Shown piece by piece: positions 20,238 to 28,419 of a stretch of 64,000 nucleotides of DNA. The translations under genes were made by a program, and so were the position numbers. Position 1 is the first letter of the stretch. The number at the start of each line of letters is the position of its first letter. The stretch is from an uncultured Alphaproteobacteria bacterium (GTDB lineage: Bacteria; Pseudomonadota; Alphaproteobacteria; HIMB59; GCA-002718135). The DNA is taken from assembly GCA_902600225.1 (NCBI GenBank), contig CACKIH010000003.1, positions 32,709-96,708 on the forward strand. The letters run 5' to 3'. Below the pieces are notes generated by a model. The model was given only the letters and a program-made list of their open reading frames with translations. It had not been told where the DNA came from and searched no databases.

Positions 20238-21290
20238 ATGGAAATTACAATTCTAATTTTTTTATTTGGTGGTCTTTTTTTAGGTTGGTCACTTGGCGCC
20301 AATGATGCAGCAAATGTTTTTGGAACTGCAGTTGGAACACGTATGGTTAGTTTCACAAGTGCAGCAATAATTTGTAGTGTCTTTGTTATTCTAGGTGCAA
20401 TAATTAGCGGAGCAGGTACAACTGAAACTTTAGGTAAGTTAGGTGCTATTAATGCATTGCCTGGTGCTTTTGCAGCATGTGTGGCTGCGGGAATATCTGT
20501 TTATTTAATGACCAAAGTTGGCTTGCCTGTTTCAACAACGCAAGCGATTGTTGGAGCAATTGTTGGTTGGAATTTATACACGGGATCTTCAACTAATCTT
20601 CAAGTTTTAATTACTATTTTAGGAACATGGATACTCTGTCCTATCATTGCAGGAGTTATTGCAATGGGTTTATTTACTTTTACAAAAAGAGTTATACTCA
20701 ATAGAAAGTTACATATTCTCAGACTTGATGCGTATACAAGAACAGCTTTACTTTTAGCAGGTGCTTTTGGTGCTTATAGTTTAGGTGCAAACAATATTGC
20801 TAATGTAATGGGTGTCTTCGTACCTATATCACCGTTTACTGATGTTACTATTGGAAATTTATTTGTCTTTTCCTCAAAAGAACAACTATTTCTGCTAGGT
20901 GGTTTAGCTATAGCTGTTGGTGTTTTTACTTACTCGAAAAGAGTTATGTTTACCGTGGGTAATGATCTCTTAAAAATGACACCAGTGGCAGCATTTATTG
21001 TTGTTATATCGCATTCTATTGTTTTATTTTTATTTGCATCCCAGGGTATAAGTGCTTTTTTACAATCTATAAATCTTCCCTCTATACCTTTGGTACCAGT
21101 ATCAAGTTCCCAAGCTGTCGTTGGCGGCGTAATTGGAATTGGTCTTTTAAAAGGAGGAAAAGAAGTTCAATGGTCAATTGCGGGTAGAATTTCTTTGGGT
21201 TGGATGACGCTACCTATAATTGCAGCTTTAATTTCTTTAATTGTTTTATTTATTCTAGAAAATATTTTTAATTTAACGGTCTCTTTTTAA
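20238..21290 (+). CDS. pit: PiT-family inorganic phosphate transporter
   Basis: PHO4 signature GANDAANVFGTAVGTR and its C-terminal repeat GANNIANVMG. 350-aa polytopic protein. Confidence 0.9.
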   Translation: MEITILIFLFGGLFLGWSLGANDAANVFGTAVGTRMVSFTSAAIICSVFVILGAIISGAGTTETLGKLGAINALPGAFAACVAAGISVYLMTKVGLPVSTTQAIVGAIVGWNLYTGSSTNLQVLITILGTWILCPIIAGVIAMGLFTFTKRVILNRKLHILRLDAYTRTALLLAGAFGAYSLGANNIANVMGVFVPISPFTDVTIGNLFVFSSKEQLFLLGGLAIAVGVFTYSKRVMFTVGNDLLKMTPVAAFIVVISHSIVLFLFASQGISAFLQSINLPSIPLVPVSSSQAVVGGVIGIGLLKGGKEVQWSIAGRISLGWMTLPIIAALISLIVLFILENIFNLTVSF

Positions 21291-21811
21291 TTAACTGCTC
21301 GATAAGAAAAAATAAATTCTTCTTGGATTTTTGACTCGATAGCTCCTTTTCTTCTTGATCGTACTAGATCAATAGCTTCTTGTTTTTCATAATTAAATTC
21401 AACAAGTAAAATCGCGGCTATAGTGCCAGCTCTTCCTTTTCCTCCACGGCAATGTAAAACTATATTTTTACCATCTATCAATTCGTTCTTTAATAAAACT
21501 TTTGTTGTTTCCCATTTATATTTAAAATCTTTATCTGGTGCTCCCATGTCATAAATGGGTAAATGGTACCAATGTAAATTATGTTCATAAATATTTTTGA
21601 CAAACAAAGTTTTATCACACAATTTTTCAAATTCGCTATCTTCAACAAAAGAAGTAATAGAGCTACAATTATTATTTTTAAATATTTCTAATTCGTTTGC
21701 TAAAATTGTTTCTTCAAATAAACCATTAGAGTTAAGACCTGGGAAAGAAGTTAATATAATTTTGCCTGCAAATGACTTAGAGTCAATGAAATCATAATTG
21801 CTAAATTGCAT
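21287..21811 (-). CDS. Cys-based dual-specificity/tyrosine phosphatase-like protein
   Basis: P-loop HCRGGKGRAGT (CX5R) and an upstream acid loop PIYDMGAPD. Its start abuts the stop of the PhnZ-like gene. Confidence 0.75.
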   Translation of the reverse strand: MQFSNYDFIDSKSFAGKIILTSFPGLNSNGLFEETILANELEIFKNNNCSSITSFVEDSEFEKLCDKTLFVKNIYEHNLHWYHLPIYDMGAPDKDFKYKWETTKVLLKNELIDGKNIVLHCRGGKGRAGTIAAILLVEFNYEKQEAIDLVRSRRKGAIESKIQEEFIFSYRAVN

Positions 21812-22387
21812 TTACGCTTGTTTAGCTAAAAAAGACTGTCTTGCTTCTTCTAAATAGGGACGAAAATGTTCAACATCGGGAGTTTTTTTATCTAGAATTT
21901 TTGCTAGATCATCAAATCTTCTAAGCTCTACTGCTTCATCCATAAAAGGTTTGCTGATAAACGCATCTGCTTCTTCTTTTGTGAAAGGACCACCTTGAAC
22001 TTTTAACGAAAGTTTCGATGCTTCTGATAGGCTATCATAATAACCCTCTTCAACACTTGATAAATATCTTTTTGAATCAACATGTGCTCTAATTGGTAAA
22101 ATAACATCTTCACCAAAATATTTTTTTAAAAAATCAGCACCTAAGTTTTCATGATGACCATCTTTCCCTTCATGAATGGGATCGCCGTCCTCATAGATAA
22201 GGTGACCAACATCATGCAGTAATGCTGCAGCAATTGTTGGTCCTGGTAATTTATGTTTTTCAGCAAGTTCAGCACATTGGAGTGCGTGCTCAAGCTGGGT
22301 CACATCCTCATTACCATATTGAATATCAGCACCTTTTGTTTTCAAAAGATCTAAGAGATAATCTACAATATTTTCTTCCATTCTCAT
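21812..22387 (-). CDS. phnZ: HD-domain di-iron oxygenase, PhnZ-like (phosphonate C-P cleavage)
   Basis: 191 aa with an LLHDVGH HD motif. Y24, E27, H34, H58-D59 and H62 fall where I recall the PhnZ ligand and substrate residues. Divergent from phnW. Confidence 0.75.
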   Translation of the reverse strand: MRMEENIVDYLLDLLKTKGADIQYGNEDVTQLEHALQCAELAEKHKLPGPTIAAALLHDVGHLIYEDGDPIHEGKDGHHENLGADFLKKYFGEDVILPIRAHVDSKRYLSSVEEGYYDSLSEASKLSLKVQGGPFTKEEADAFISKPFMDEAVELRRFDDLAKILDKKTPDVEHFRPYLEEARQSFLAKQA

Positions 22388-22475
22388 TTATAATTAACTT
22401 ATTAGAAAATAAATTCAATTCCAACTTTAATAAGATTGATCAAATTTATAATAATATTTATTAAGTAAATATTTA

Positions 22476-23573
22476 ATGGATAAAAAATTATTAACCCCTG
22501 GGCCTCTCACGACATCGATGTCAACAAAAGAGGCTATGCTTCATGATTGGGGTTCAAGAGATACAAAATTTATTGATCTCAATGCATCAATTAGAGATTC
22601 CCTTGTTAAATTAATAGACGGTGAAGATAAATATCAATGTGTTCCAATGCAGGGAAGTGGAACTTTTGCTGTAGAGTCGATGGTGAGCTCTCTTACTCAA
22701 AAAGATTCTAAAATTCTGATTCTGATCAATGGTGCTTACGGACAAAGAATGAAAAAAATGTGCACATATTTAGGGAGAGATTTTATTGAATATGAAGTTG
22801 CTGAACATGAAGTACATGACATCAATAAAATTGAAGAAATAATTGATAGCAACAACTTAACACACGTCTTTGCTGTATATTGTGAAACAACATCGGGTAT
22901 TTTAAATCCTATTGAAGACATTGCAAAATTAGTTGAAGGGAAAAATTTATCGTTATTCATCGATGCAATGAGTGCCTTTGGTGCACTACCCTTAAGTTCT
23001 AAAACAATTACTTTTGATGCTGTAGCAGCTTCATCAAATAAATGCTTAGAAGGTGTGCCAGGCGTTGGTTTCATTCTTGTTAAAAATGAAGTTATTCAAA
23101 ATGCAAAAGGCAATAGTCACTCACTAAGTCTAGACTTGTATGATCAATGGCAAGCAATGGAAAAAAATAAACAATGGCGATTTACACCTCCAACACACGT
23201 ATTAGCTGCATTCAACCAAGCTATTGAGGAACATAAACAACAAGGTGGGGTAGAGGGAAGAGGTAAAAGATATAAAAAAAATTGTGAAATTATATGTAAG
23301 GGAATGAAAGAGTTGGGATTTGAGCAACTACTTCCTGATAATTTGCAAGCACCAATTATTATTACTTTTAAACAACCTAATGATCCTAAATTTAACTTTG
23401 AGAAATTTTATAATGCTCTTAGTGAAAAAGATTTTTTAATTTATCCAGGAAAACTAACAGTGGCAGAAACTTTTAGAATTGGGTGTATTGGTAATTTAGA
23501 TGAACAAGACATGATAGATACTATAAAAGCTGTAAAAGAAGTTGTTACTGAATTGGGATTAAGATTAAACTAA
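22476..23573 (+). CDS. phnW: 2-aminoethylphosphonate--pyruvate transaminase
   Basis: Strong PhnW-type blocks: LLTPGPLTTS, SSNKCLEGVPG, SLSLDLYDQW, KQWRFTPPTH, FLIYPGK and FRIGCIGN. Confidence 0.9.
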   Translation: MDKKLLTPGPLTTSMSTKEAMLHDWGSRDTKFIDLNASIRDSLVKLIDGEDKYQCVPMQGSGTFAVESMVSSLTQKDSKILILINGAYGQRMKKMCTYLGRDFIEYEVAEHEVHDINKIEEIIDSNNLTHVFAVYCETTSGILNPIEDIAKLVEGKNLSLFIDAMSAFGALPLSSKTITFDAVAASSNKCLEGVPGVGFILVKNEVIQNAKGNSHSLSLDLYDQWQAMEKNKQWRFTPPTHVLAAFNQAIEEHKQQGGVEGRGKRYKKNCEIICKGMKELGFEQLLPDNLQAPIIITFKQPNDPKFNFEKFYNALSEKDFLIYPGKLTVAETFRIGCIGNLDEQDMIDTIKAVKEVVTELGLRLN

Positions 23574-23580
23574 CAAAATA

Positions 23581-24213
23581 ATGACAAAAGAAATTGAAAT
23601 ACCTTTAGTTAAAGCAACAAATGAAAATCTTAAAGGATATGGGTATTTAATCGATAGTTTTGAAAATAGTGATATTGAAATTGTTACTTGGCCAAAACAA
23701 GGATGGCGCGACATAGAAGAGGGAACTGGTAATGAAGGTGGAACTACCGAAGGTTCTTTTGATACCTGGTGGCAAGGTGACGTGCTTTATGGGCAAAATA
23801 ATGCTGTTCAACATAAGAGCGATTATGAAGTAGATGGAAAATATATACTGGGTTATGCCAATAATCCTGATCAAGAATTACAAAAAGATAAATATTTAGA
23901 TCCAACAAAAATTTTTTTATGGCATGCAAATTATCATCCTGATGGAGGTCAGCTTTTTTTTCCTACAGAAAATAAACCATTTATTTGTCCTTTAGCCTTA
24001 CCAACAGACGACATTGAACCAGAACATTTCAAAGCATTTTATTGTGACGGATCAAAAGGTTTATATATTCATCCAAATATTTGGCATGAAGGGGTGTTTC
24101 CAGTTTCAGAAAAACAATCGTTTCAAGGAAAACAAGGTAAAGTACATGCAAGAGTTAGCATCGACTTAAAAGAGGAATTTAATAAGTATATTTATTTTAA
24201 AACTGCGATCTAA
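23581..24213 (+). CDS. Ureidoglycolate-lyase (AllA)-like cupin protein, role unknown
   Basis: AllA-like blocks IPL..........YGYLI, NYHPDGGQLFFP and GLYIHPNIWHEGVF. Lies 7 nt downstream of phnW. Confidence 0.55.
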   Translation: MTKEIEIPLVKATNENLKGYGYLIDSFENSDIEIVTWPKQGWRDIEEGTGNEGGTTEGSFDTWWQGDVLYGQNNAVQHKSDYEVDGKYILGYANNPDQELQKDKYLDPTKIFLWHANYHPDGGQLFFPTENKPFICPLALPTDDIEPEHFKAFYCDGSKGLYIHPNIWHEGVFPVSEKQSFQGKQGKVHARVSIDLKEEFNKYIYFKTAI

Positions 24214-24233
24214 TTATAAATTTATATAAAATA

Positions 24234-25022
24234 ATGAAAATTATTCATCTTTCAGACCCTCATATTTATATAGATAAGATTCATGGCATAGATCCTGTCA
24301 GTAAATTTAAAAAAGCATTAAGTCATATAAAAAATAATCATGGTGATGCAGATTTATTTGCCATCACTGGTGATATTACAGACTTAGGCGATAAAGATTC
24401 TTATCAGTTATTTATAAAAATCATTGATGAAGCAGGCCTGCCAAAGAATTTAAATCCTCAATTAATTATAGGTAATCATGATAACAGAGATGAGTTTAAA
24501 ATAAACTTTCCTAATATTGAAACCGATCCAAATGGATTTATTCAATACTTTAAGGATATAGATAATAAACGTTTAATTTTTATAGATACTAATCTAATTA
24601 ACACTCACCAAGGACATTACTGTGAAGAGAGGCAAGAATGGTTAAATAATATTTTAAGTAAGACTAATACAGATACGTATATCTTTATGCATCATAATCC
24701 ACTGGCATTAGTAAAAGAGGAAAGTGATGGAATAGGATTACAACAAAAAAAAGAGTTTCAACAAATTTTAACTAAAAATAATAAGATAATAAAACATATT
24801 TTTTTTGGTCATCAACACATTACAAGTTCTGGCTCTTATTGTGGTATTACTTTTTCTTCCCCAAGAAGTACTTGGTCTCCTCTAATACCTAACTTTTCAA
24901 ATGAATATCGTTTAGGAACGGCTAATACAGATACAAATTATAATGTTGCAATAATTCGATCTGACGCCTTAATTATTCATACAGAGGATTTTTTAAAAAC
25001 AGAAGTTAATTGGTTTAAATAA
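24234..25022 (+). CDS. GpdQ/CpdA-family metallophosphodiesterase
   Basis: Motifs LSDPH, TGDITDLGD, GNHDN, MHHNP and FGHQH. 262 aa. Confidence 0.75.
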   Translation: MKIIHLSDPHIYIDKIHGIDPVSKFKKALSHIKNNHGDADLFAITGDITDLGDKDSYQLFIKIIDEAGLPKNLNPQLIIGNHDNRDEFKINFPNIETDPNGFIQYFKDIDNKRLIFIDTNLINTHQGHYCEERQEWLNNILSKTNTDTYIFMHHNPLALVKEESDGIGLQQKKEFQQILTKNNKIIKHIFFGHQHITSSGSYCGITFSSPRSTWSPLIPNFSNEYRLGTANTDTNYNVAIIRSDALIIHTEDFLKTEVNWFK

Positions 25023-25026
25023 AAAA

Positions 25027-26133
25027 TTATTTTTTTTCGATTACAAATATTTCATTGTTAAAATAAAGACCTTTATTTTTCGCAACAATATTTTGAACAA
25101 TTTTTTCATAGTTTTTAGTTTTTTCTACTTTCATTACTTTGTCGTCATCCATTTGATTGACATATATGGAGGCATTCCAAGCAGAAAAAACTAATGATGT
25201 CGCTATACCTCCGCTGATTTCTGTTGGTAGAGCTCTCAATTTACATTTAATAATTCTTTTTTCTCCAAAGGATAAACTTCTTAATAAATCTTTATCTAAA
25301 TTTTTCTTAAGATAAGAAATGATACTATTTCCAAGAGAAGGAAATGGGTCCTCTTTTGGCCAAATTTTACGAATTATTTCATTAGCAGGATCTTTTCCTG
25401 AAGCATGAATAGTTAATAATTTCCCTTTTGATTTTAACGCTCTGATCATTGGTTCGATGACATATTTTGATTTCTTTTCTGCTGAAATTCTTGAACGATA
25501 AGGCTGTGAAGCAATAATAAGATCAAATTTATTATCTGATTTTTTTTTGGTAGGTATTAATTCATTTACATTAAATTCTTGATCTTCGCGGTAGATAACC
25601 ATGACTGAAGGCTCTTTATAAGTATGGTTACCTGACTTTTTATTAATTTCTATATTCCATTTTTTTTCTAAAAATTCATTTTGTTTTCTTAATTGTTGGG
25701 CAAATTCAAGAGAGGTATCTCCTTTTAATTTAATAATATTCCAATTAATTTTTTTCTGTTTAACTTCATTTTTTGATTTTAGGTTTGCAGCTTCAGCGTA
25801 GTGTAGATTTGAAATGACAAAAACCGTATTCTTATGTTCAACAAACCTGTCGGGTAATTTTTCTAAACCTAATCTTACATCTTCTATGCTTATTTCTTTT
25901 GTGCAAACTAATAAAGGTACGTTAGGCTTAGCCTCGTGGCACTGACGCATAACATTCATAAGTAAGGAACCATCACCCATACCAGCATCAAATATTTTTA
26001 TACCAGGTTTTTGAGGTTTAATTTTATTTACGTGAGGGCGTATCGCATCAGCAATTTGATTTTTTTCATTTGTTGTTGTGACAAATAATAAGTATTTTTG
26101 TCTGTTATCATAAAACCTGAAATTTTTTTTCAT
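25027..26133 (-). CDS. Class I SAM-methyltransferase-like protein, function unknown
   Basis: Motif I-like IFDAGMGDGS and a later FDLIIASQPY. 368 aa with a long insert. Last gene of a three-gene string. Confidence 0.45.
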   Translation of the reverse strand: MKKNFRFYDNRQKYLLFVTTTNEKNQIADAIRPHVNKIKPQKPGIKIFDAGMGDGSLLMNVMRQCHEAKPNVPLLVCTKEISIEDVRLGLEKLPDRFVEHKNTVFVISNLHYAEAANLKSKNEVKQKKINWNIIKLKGDTSLEFAQQLRKQNEFLEKKWNIEINKKSGNHTYKEPSVMVIYREDQEFNVNELIPTKKKSDNKFDLIIASQPYRSRISAEKKSKYVIEPMIRALKSKGKLLTIHASGKDPANEIIRKIWPKEDPFPSLGNSIISYLKKNLDKDLLRSLSFGEKRIIKCKLRALPTEISGGIATSLVFSAWNASIYVNQMDDDKVMKVEKTKNYEKIVQNIVAKNKGLYFNNEIFVIEKK

Positions 26134-26135
26134 TA

Positions 26136-27248
26136 CTAATAAAGTCCCATTGATTTAGCAGAAGAGATGAAGGCTTCTTTATTGCCAATAAAGTTTTTAC
26201 CTCGTTCCCCTAAAAACGCATCATCTACTATATTATTCCATTCTTGAACAGGAACTTTTATTTCATTTAAGTTAAGAGGAACCTCTAGAGAACGCATAAA
26301 TTCACTCAGATGATTTGCGGCATTCTCTAGGTTATCGTTAAAAATTAGTTTTAGTCTTTCTTCAGCTACACTATCAATTCCAACCATACTTTTAGTAATC
26401 ATGGGTAATGTGAATGAGCAAGCAATACCATGTTGAATGCCGTATTTGAGCGTCACAGGGTATGATAGATTGTGCGCAATAGCAGTTTTTGTATTGGAAA
26501 ACGCTAAGCCAGCATGAACGCATGCCAGTGCAATGTTTGAACGTAATTCAACGCTTCTTAAATCTTTAGCGAGAAGTGGTAAATTTTCTAATACTAATTT
26601 TGATGCTTGTATTGCATGAGAAGCAGAAATTGGGTTTGCATTAATATTCCAAATACTTTCCATTGAATGAGAGAGAGCATCTAAACCTGTTGAAATGGTC
26701 AAGCCTAAAGGCTTATCAACCATAATTGATGGATCGATAATTGCTTTTTCTGCATAAAGAGATTTATGCGCCAAAGATAATTTATTGTTTTTTTCTTTAT
26801 CCCAAATTGTGGCCCAACACGTAAGCTCACTTGATGTTCCTGAAGTTGTAGGTATTGCAATAATCTTGATTGGATTTTCGACTCTTGGACTTTTATTATT
26901 GCGAACAAAATCTGTTAGATATTCTTGTTTATCTTTAAATGCAGCAATTGCTTTAGCTGTGTCTGTAACAGAGCCACCACCTATAGCTAAAATATAATCT
27001 ACCGATTCATTGATTGAAGAAAATTTTTTTTGTAGCTCTAAAATATCCTTATAATCTGGATTAGGCTGAACATCCGTCATAATGGATAGTGGTGGATTTG
27101 AAGAAGATTTTAATTCATCGCTATATTTTTTAAAAATTTCTTCTGGATGAGTGATTATGATGTAGTTCTTATTTTTAAGAGCATCATGTACTTCTTTAAA
27201 TCTATTTTCTCCAAAAATAATTTCAACAGGATTAAAATAATTCCACAT
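26136..27248 (-). CDS. Iron-containing (group III) alcohol dehydrogenase; possibly phosphonoacetaldehyde/2-hydroxyethylphosphonate oxidoreductase
   Basis: Fe-ADH motifs GGGSVTDTAK, GLDALSHSMES and AIAHNLSYP. The subfamily cannot be assigned by eye. The context is a phosphonate island. Confidence 0.65.
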   Translation of the reverse strand: MWNYFNPVEIIFGENRFKEVHDALKNKNYIIITHPEEIFKKYSDELKSSSNPPLSIMTDVQPNPDYKDILELQKKFSSINESVDYILAIGGGSVTDTAKAIAAFKDKQEYLTDFVRNNKSPRVENPIKIIAIPTTSGTSSELTCWATIWDKEKNNKLSLAHKSLYAEKAIIDPSIMVDKPLGLTISTGLDALSHSMESIWNINANPISASHAIQASKLVLENLPLLAKDLRSVELRSNIALACVHAGLAFSNTKTAIAHNLSYPVTLKYGIQHGIACSFTLPMITKSMVGIDSVAEERLKLIFNDNLENAANHLSEFMRSLEVPLNLNEIKVPVQEWNNIVDDAFLGERGKNFIGNKEAFISSAKSMGLY

Positions 27249-27252
27249 TACA

Positions 27253-28332
27253 TTAAATTGATTTTGCCGCTTTAGTTAAAATTGTCATTTTCTCAATTGC
27301 TTGTTCTCGTGTAAAGAAACCTAAACCACAATCTGGTGCAGCTATTAAGCGGTGTTCATCAATATGTTCAAGTGAATCTTTGATACGAACTCTTACCTCT
27401 TCAACAGACTCCATTCTACTTTTTGCAATATCAATAAATCCAAAAATTACTTTTGTTTTAGTAAATTTTTCTAAAAGATTTAAATCATTATGCCTATGTG
27501 AATCTTCTAAAGATACTTCATCAATAGTTGAATCATCTACAAGTGATGCAATTCTATCATAAGCATCTAAATCAGCCTTTTTATAACCTTCTGAATCTAA
27601 TGAATTAGGATAACCACAACAAATATGACATACACGTTGCACTTCTTTAGGTATACCATGCATCATTCTTTCTAAATTTTCCATACCGTAAGAATGAGCT
27701 TCATCGGGCTTTCTAGCAAATACTGGTTCATCAATTTGAATATATTGACAACCTGCATCTACAAGCGCTTTAACTTCTTTATTGAGGGCTAATGCTAAAT
27801 CAAAACCAAGTTTTTTCATGTCATCATAGTAATTGTTGGCAATTGAATCTGTAATTGTCATTGGTCCAGGTAGCGTAATTTTAACTGGGTTTTTTGTAAA
27901 TTGTTGTGCACTCTTCCAGTCTAAATGCATACGTATTTCTTTACTTGAAATTGGTGCAACAATAGTTGGAAGGTCAGCTTCGAACGCACCTTGTCTTACT
28001 GACTTATGTGTAACTTCCTTAAAACTTACACCATTTAAAAATCGACATTGATATAATACGTAACTTTCGCGCCTAACTTCTCCATCTGTTGGAACATCAA
28101 TACCTGCATTTACTTGATCAGTTATAACTTCTTTAATTGCTGCTAAAAATAATTTTTCAGCATCCGCACCTGCAGACTCTAATGCTTTTTCATATGCGCC
28201 AGGTGACCAATTTGATAATAATCCTTTTGATGCTTTTCTCTCTTCTTCTGATTTTGTCCCTAAAAACCAATCTTGAATGGGTGTTTGTTTAGGTTTTGGA
28301 TAAGCACCTATTGTAGTTGTTGTAAGAGGCAT
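27253..28332 (-). CDS. MetE C-terminal-domain-like Zn-dependent alkyl/methyltransferase (cobalamin-independent methionine synthase II family)
   Basis: 359 aa. Zn-ligand-type motifs VCHICCGYP (H-x-C) and APDCGLG. Own RBS GGGAG. Confidence 0.6.
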   Translation of the reverse strand: MPLTTTTIGAYPKPKQTPIQDWFLGTKSEEERKASKGLLSNWSPGAYEKALESAGADAEKLFLAAIKEVITDQVNAGIDVPTDGEVRRESYVLYQCRFLNGVSFKEVTHKSVRQGAFEADLPTIVAPISSKEIRMHLDWKSAQQFTKNPVKITLPGPMTITDSIANNYYDDMKKLGFDLALALNKEVKALVDAGCQYIQIDEPVFARKPDEAHSYGMENLERMMHGIPKEVQRVCHICCGYPNSLDSEGYKKADLDAYDRIASLVDDSTIDEVSLEDSHRHNDLNLLEKFTKTKVIFGFIDIAKSRMESVEEVRVRIKDSLEHIDEHRLIAAPDCGLGFFTREQAIEKMTILTKAAKSI

Positions 28333-28365
28333 CTATTTTTACTCCCATTTAAATTTAAAATAAAA

Positions 28366-28388
28366 CAGCGGCTTTTATAAAGCCGCTG
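28366..28388 (-). terminator. Intrinsic terminator after the UgpB-like binding-protein gene
   Basis: CAGCGGCUU-uauaa-AAGCCGCUG is a 9-bp perfect stem. On the coding strand it is followed by UUUUAUUUU. Confidence 0.75.
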
Positions 28389-28419
28389 TAATAAAAAGTT
28401 AATAATAAATAATCTCAAA

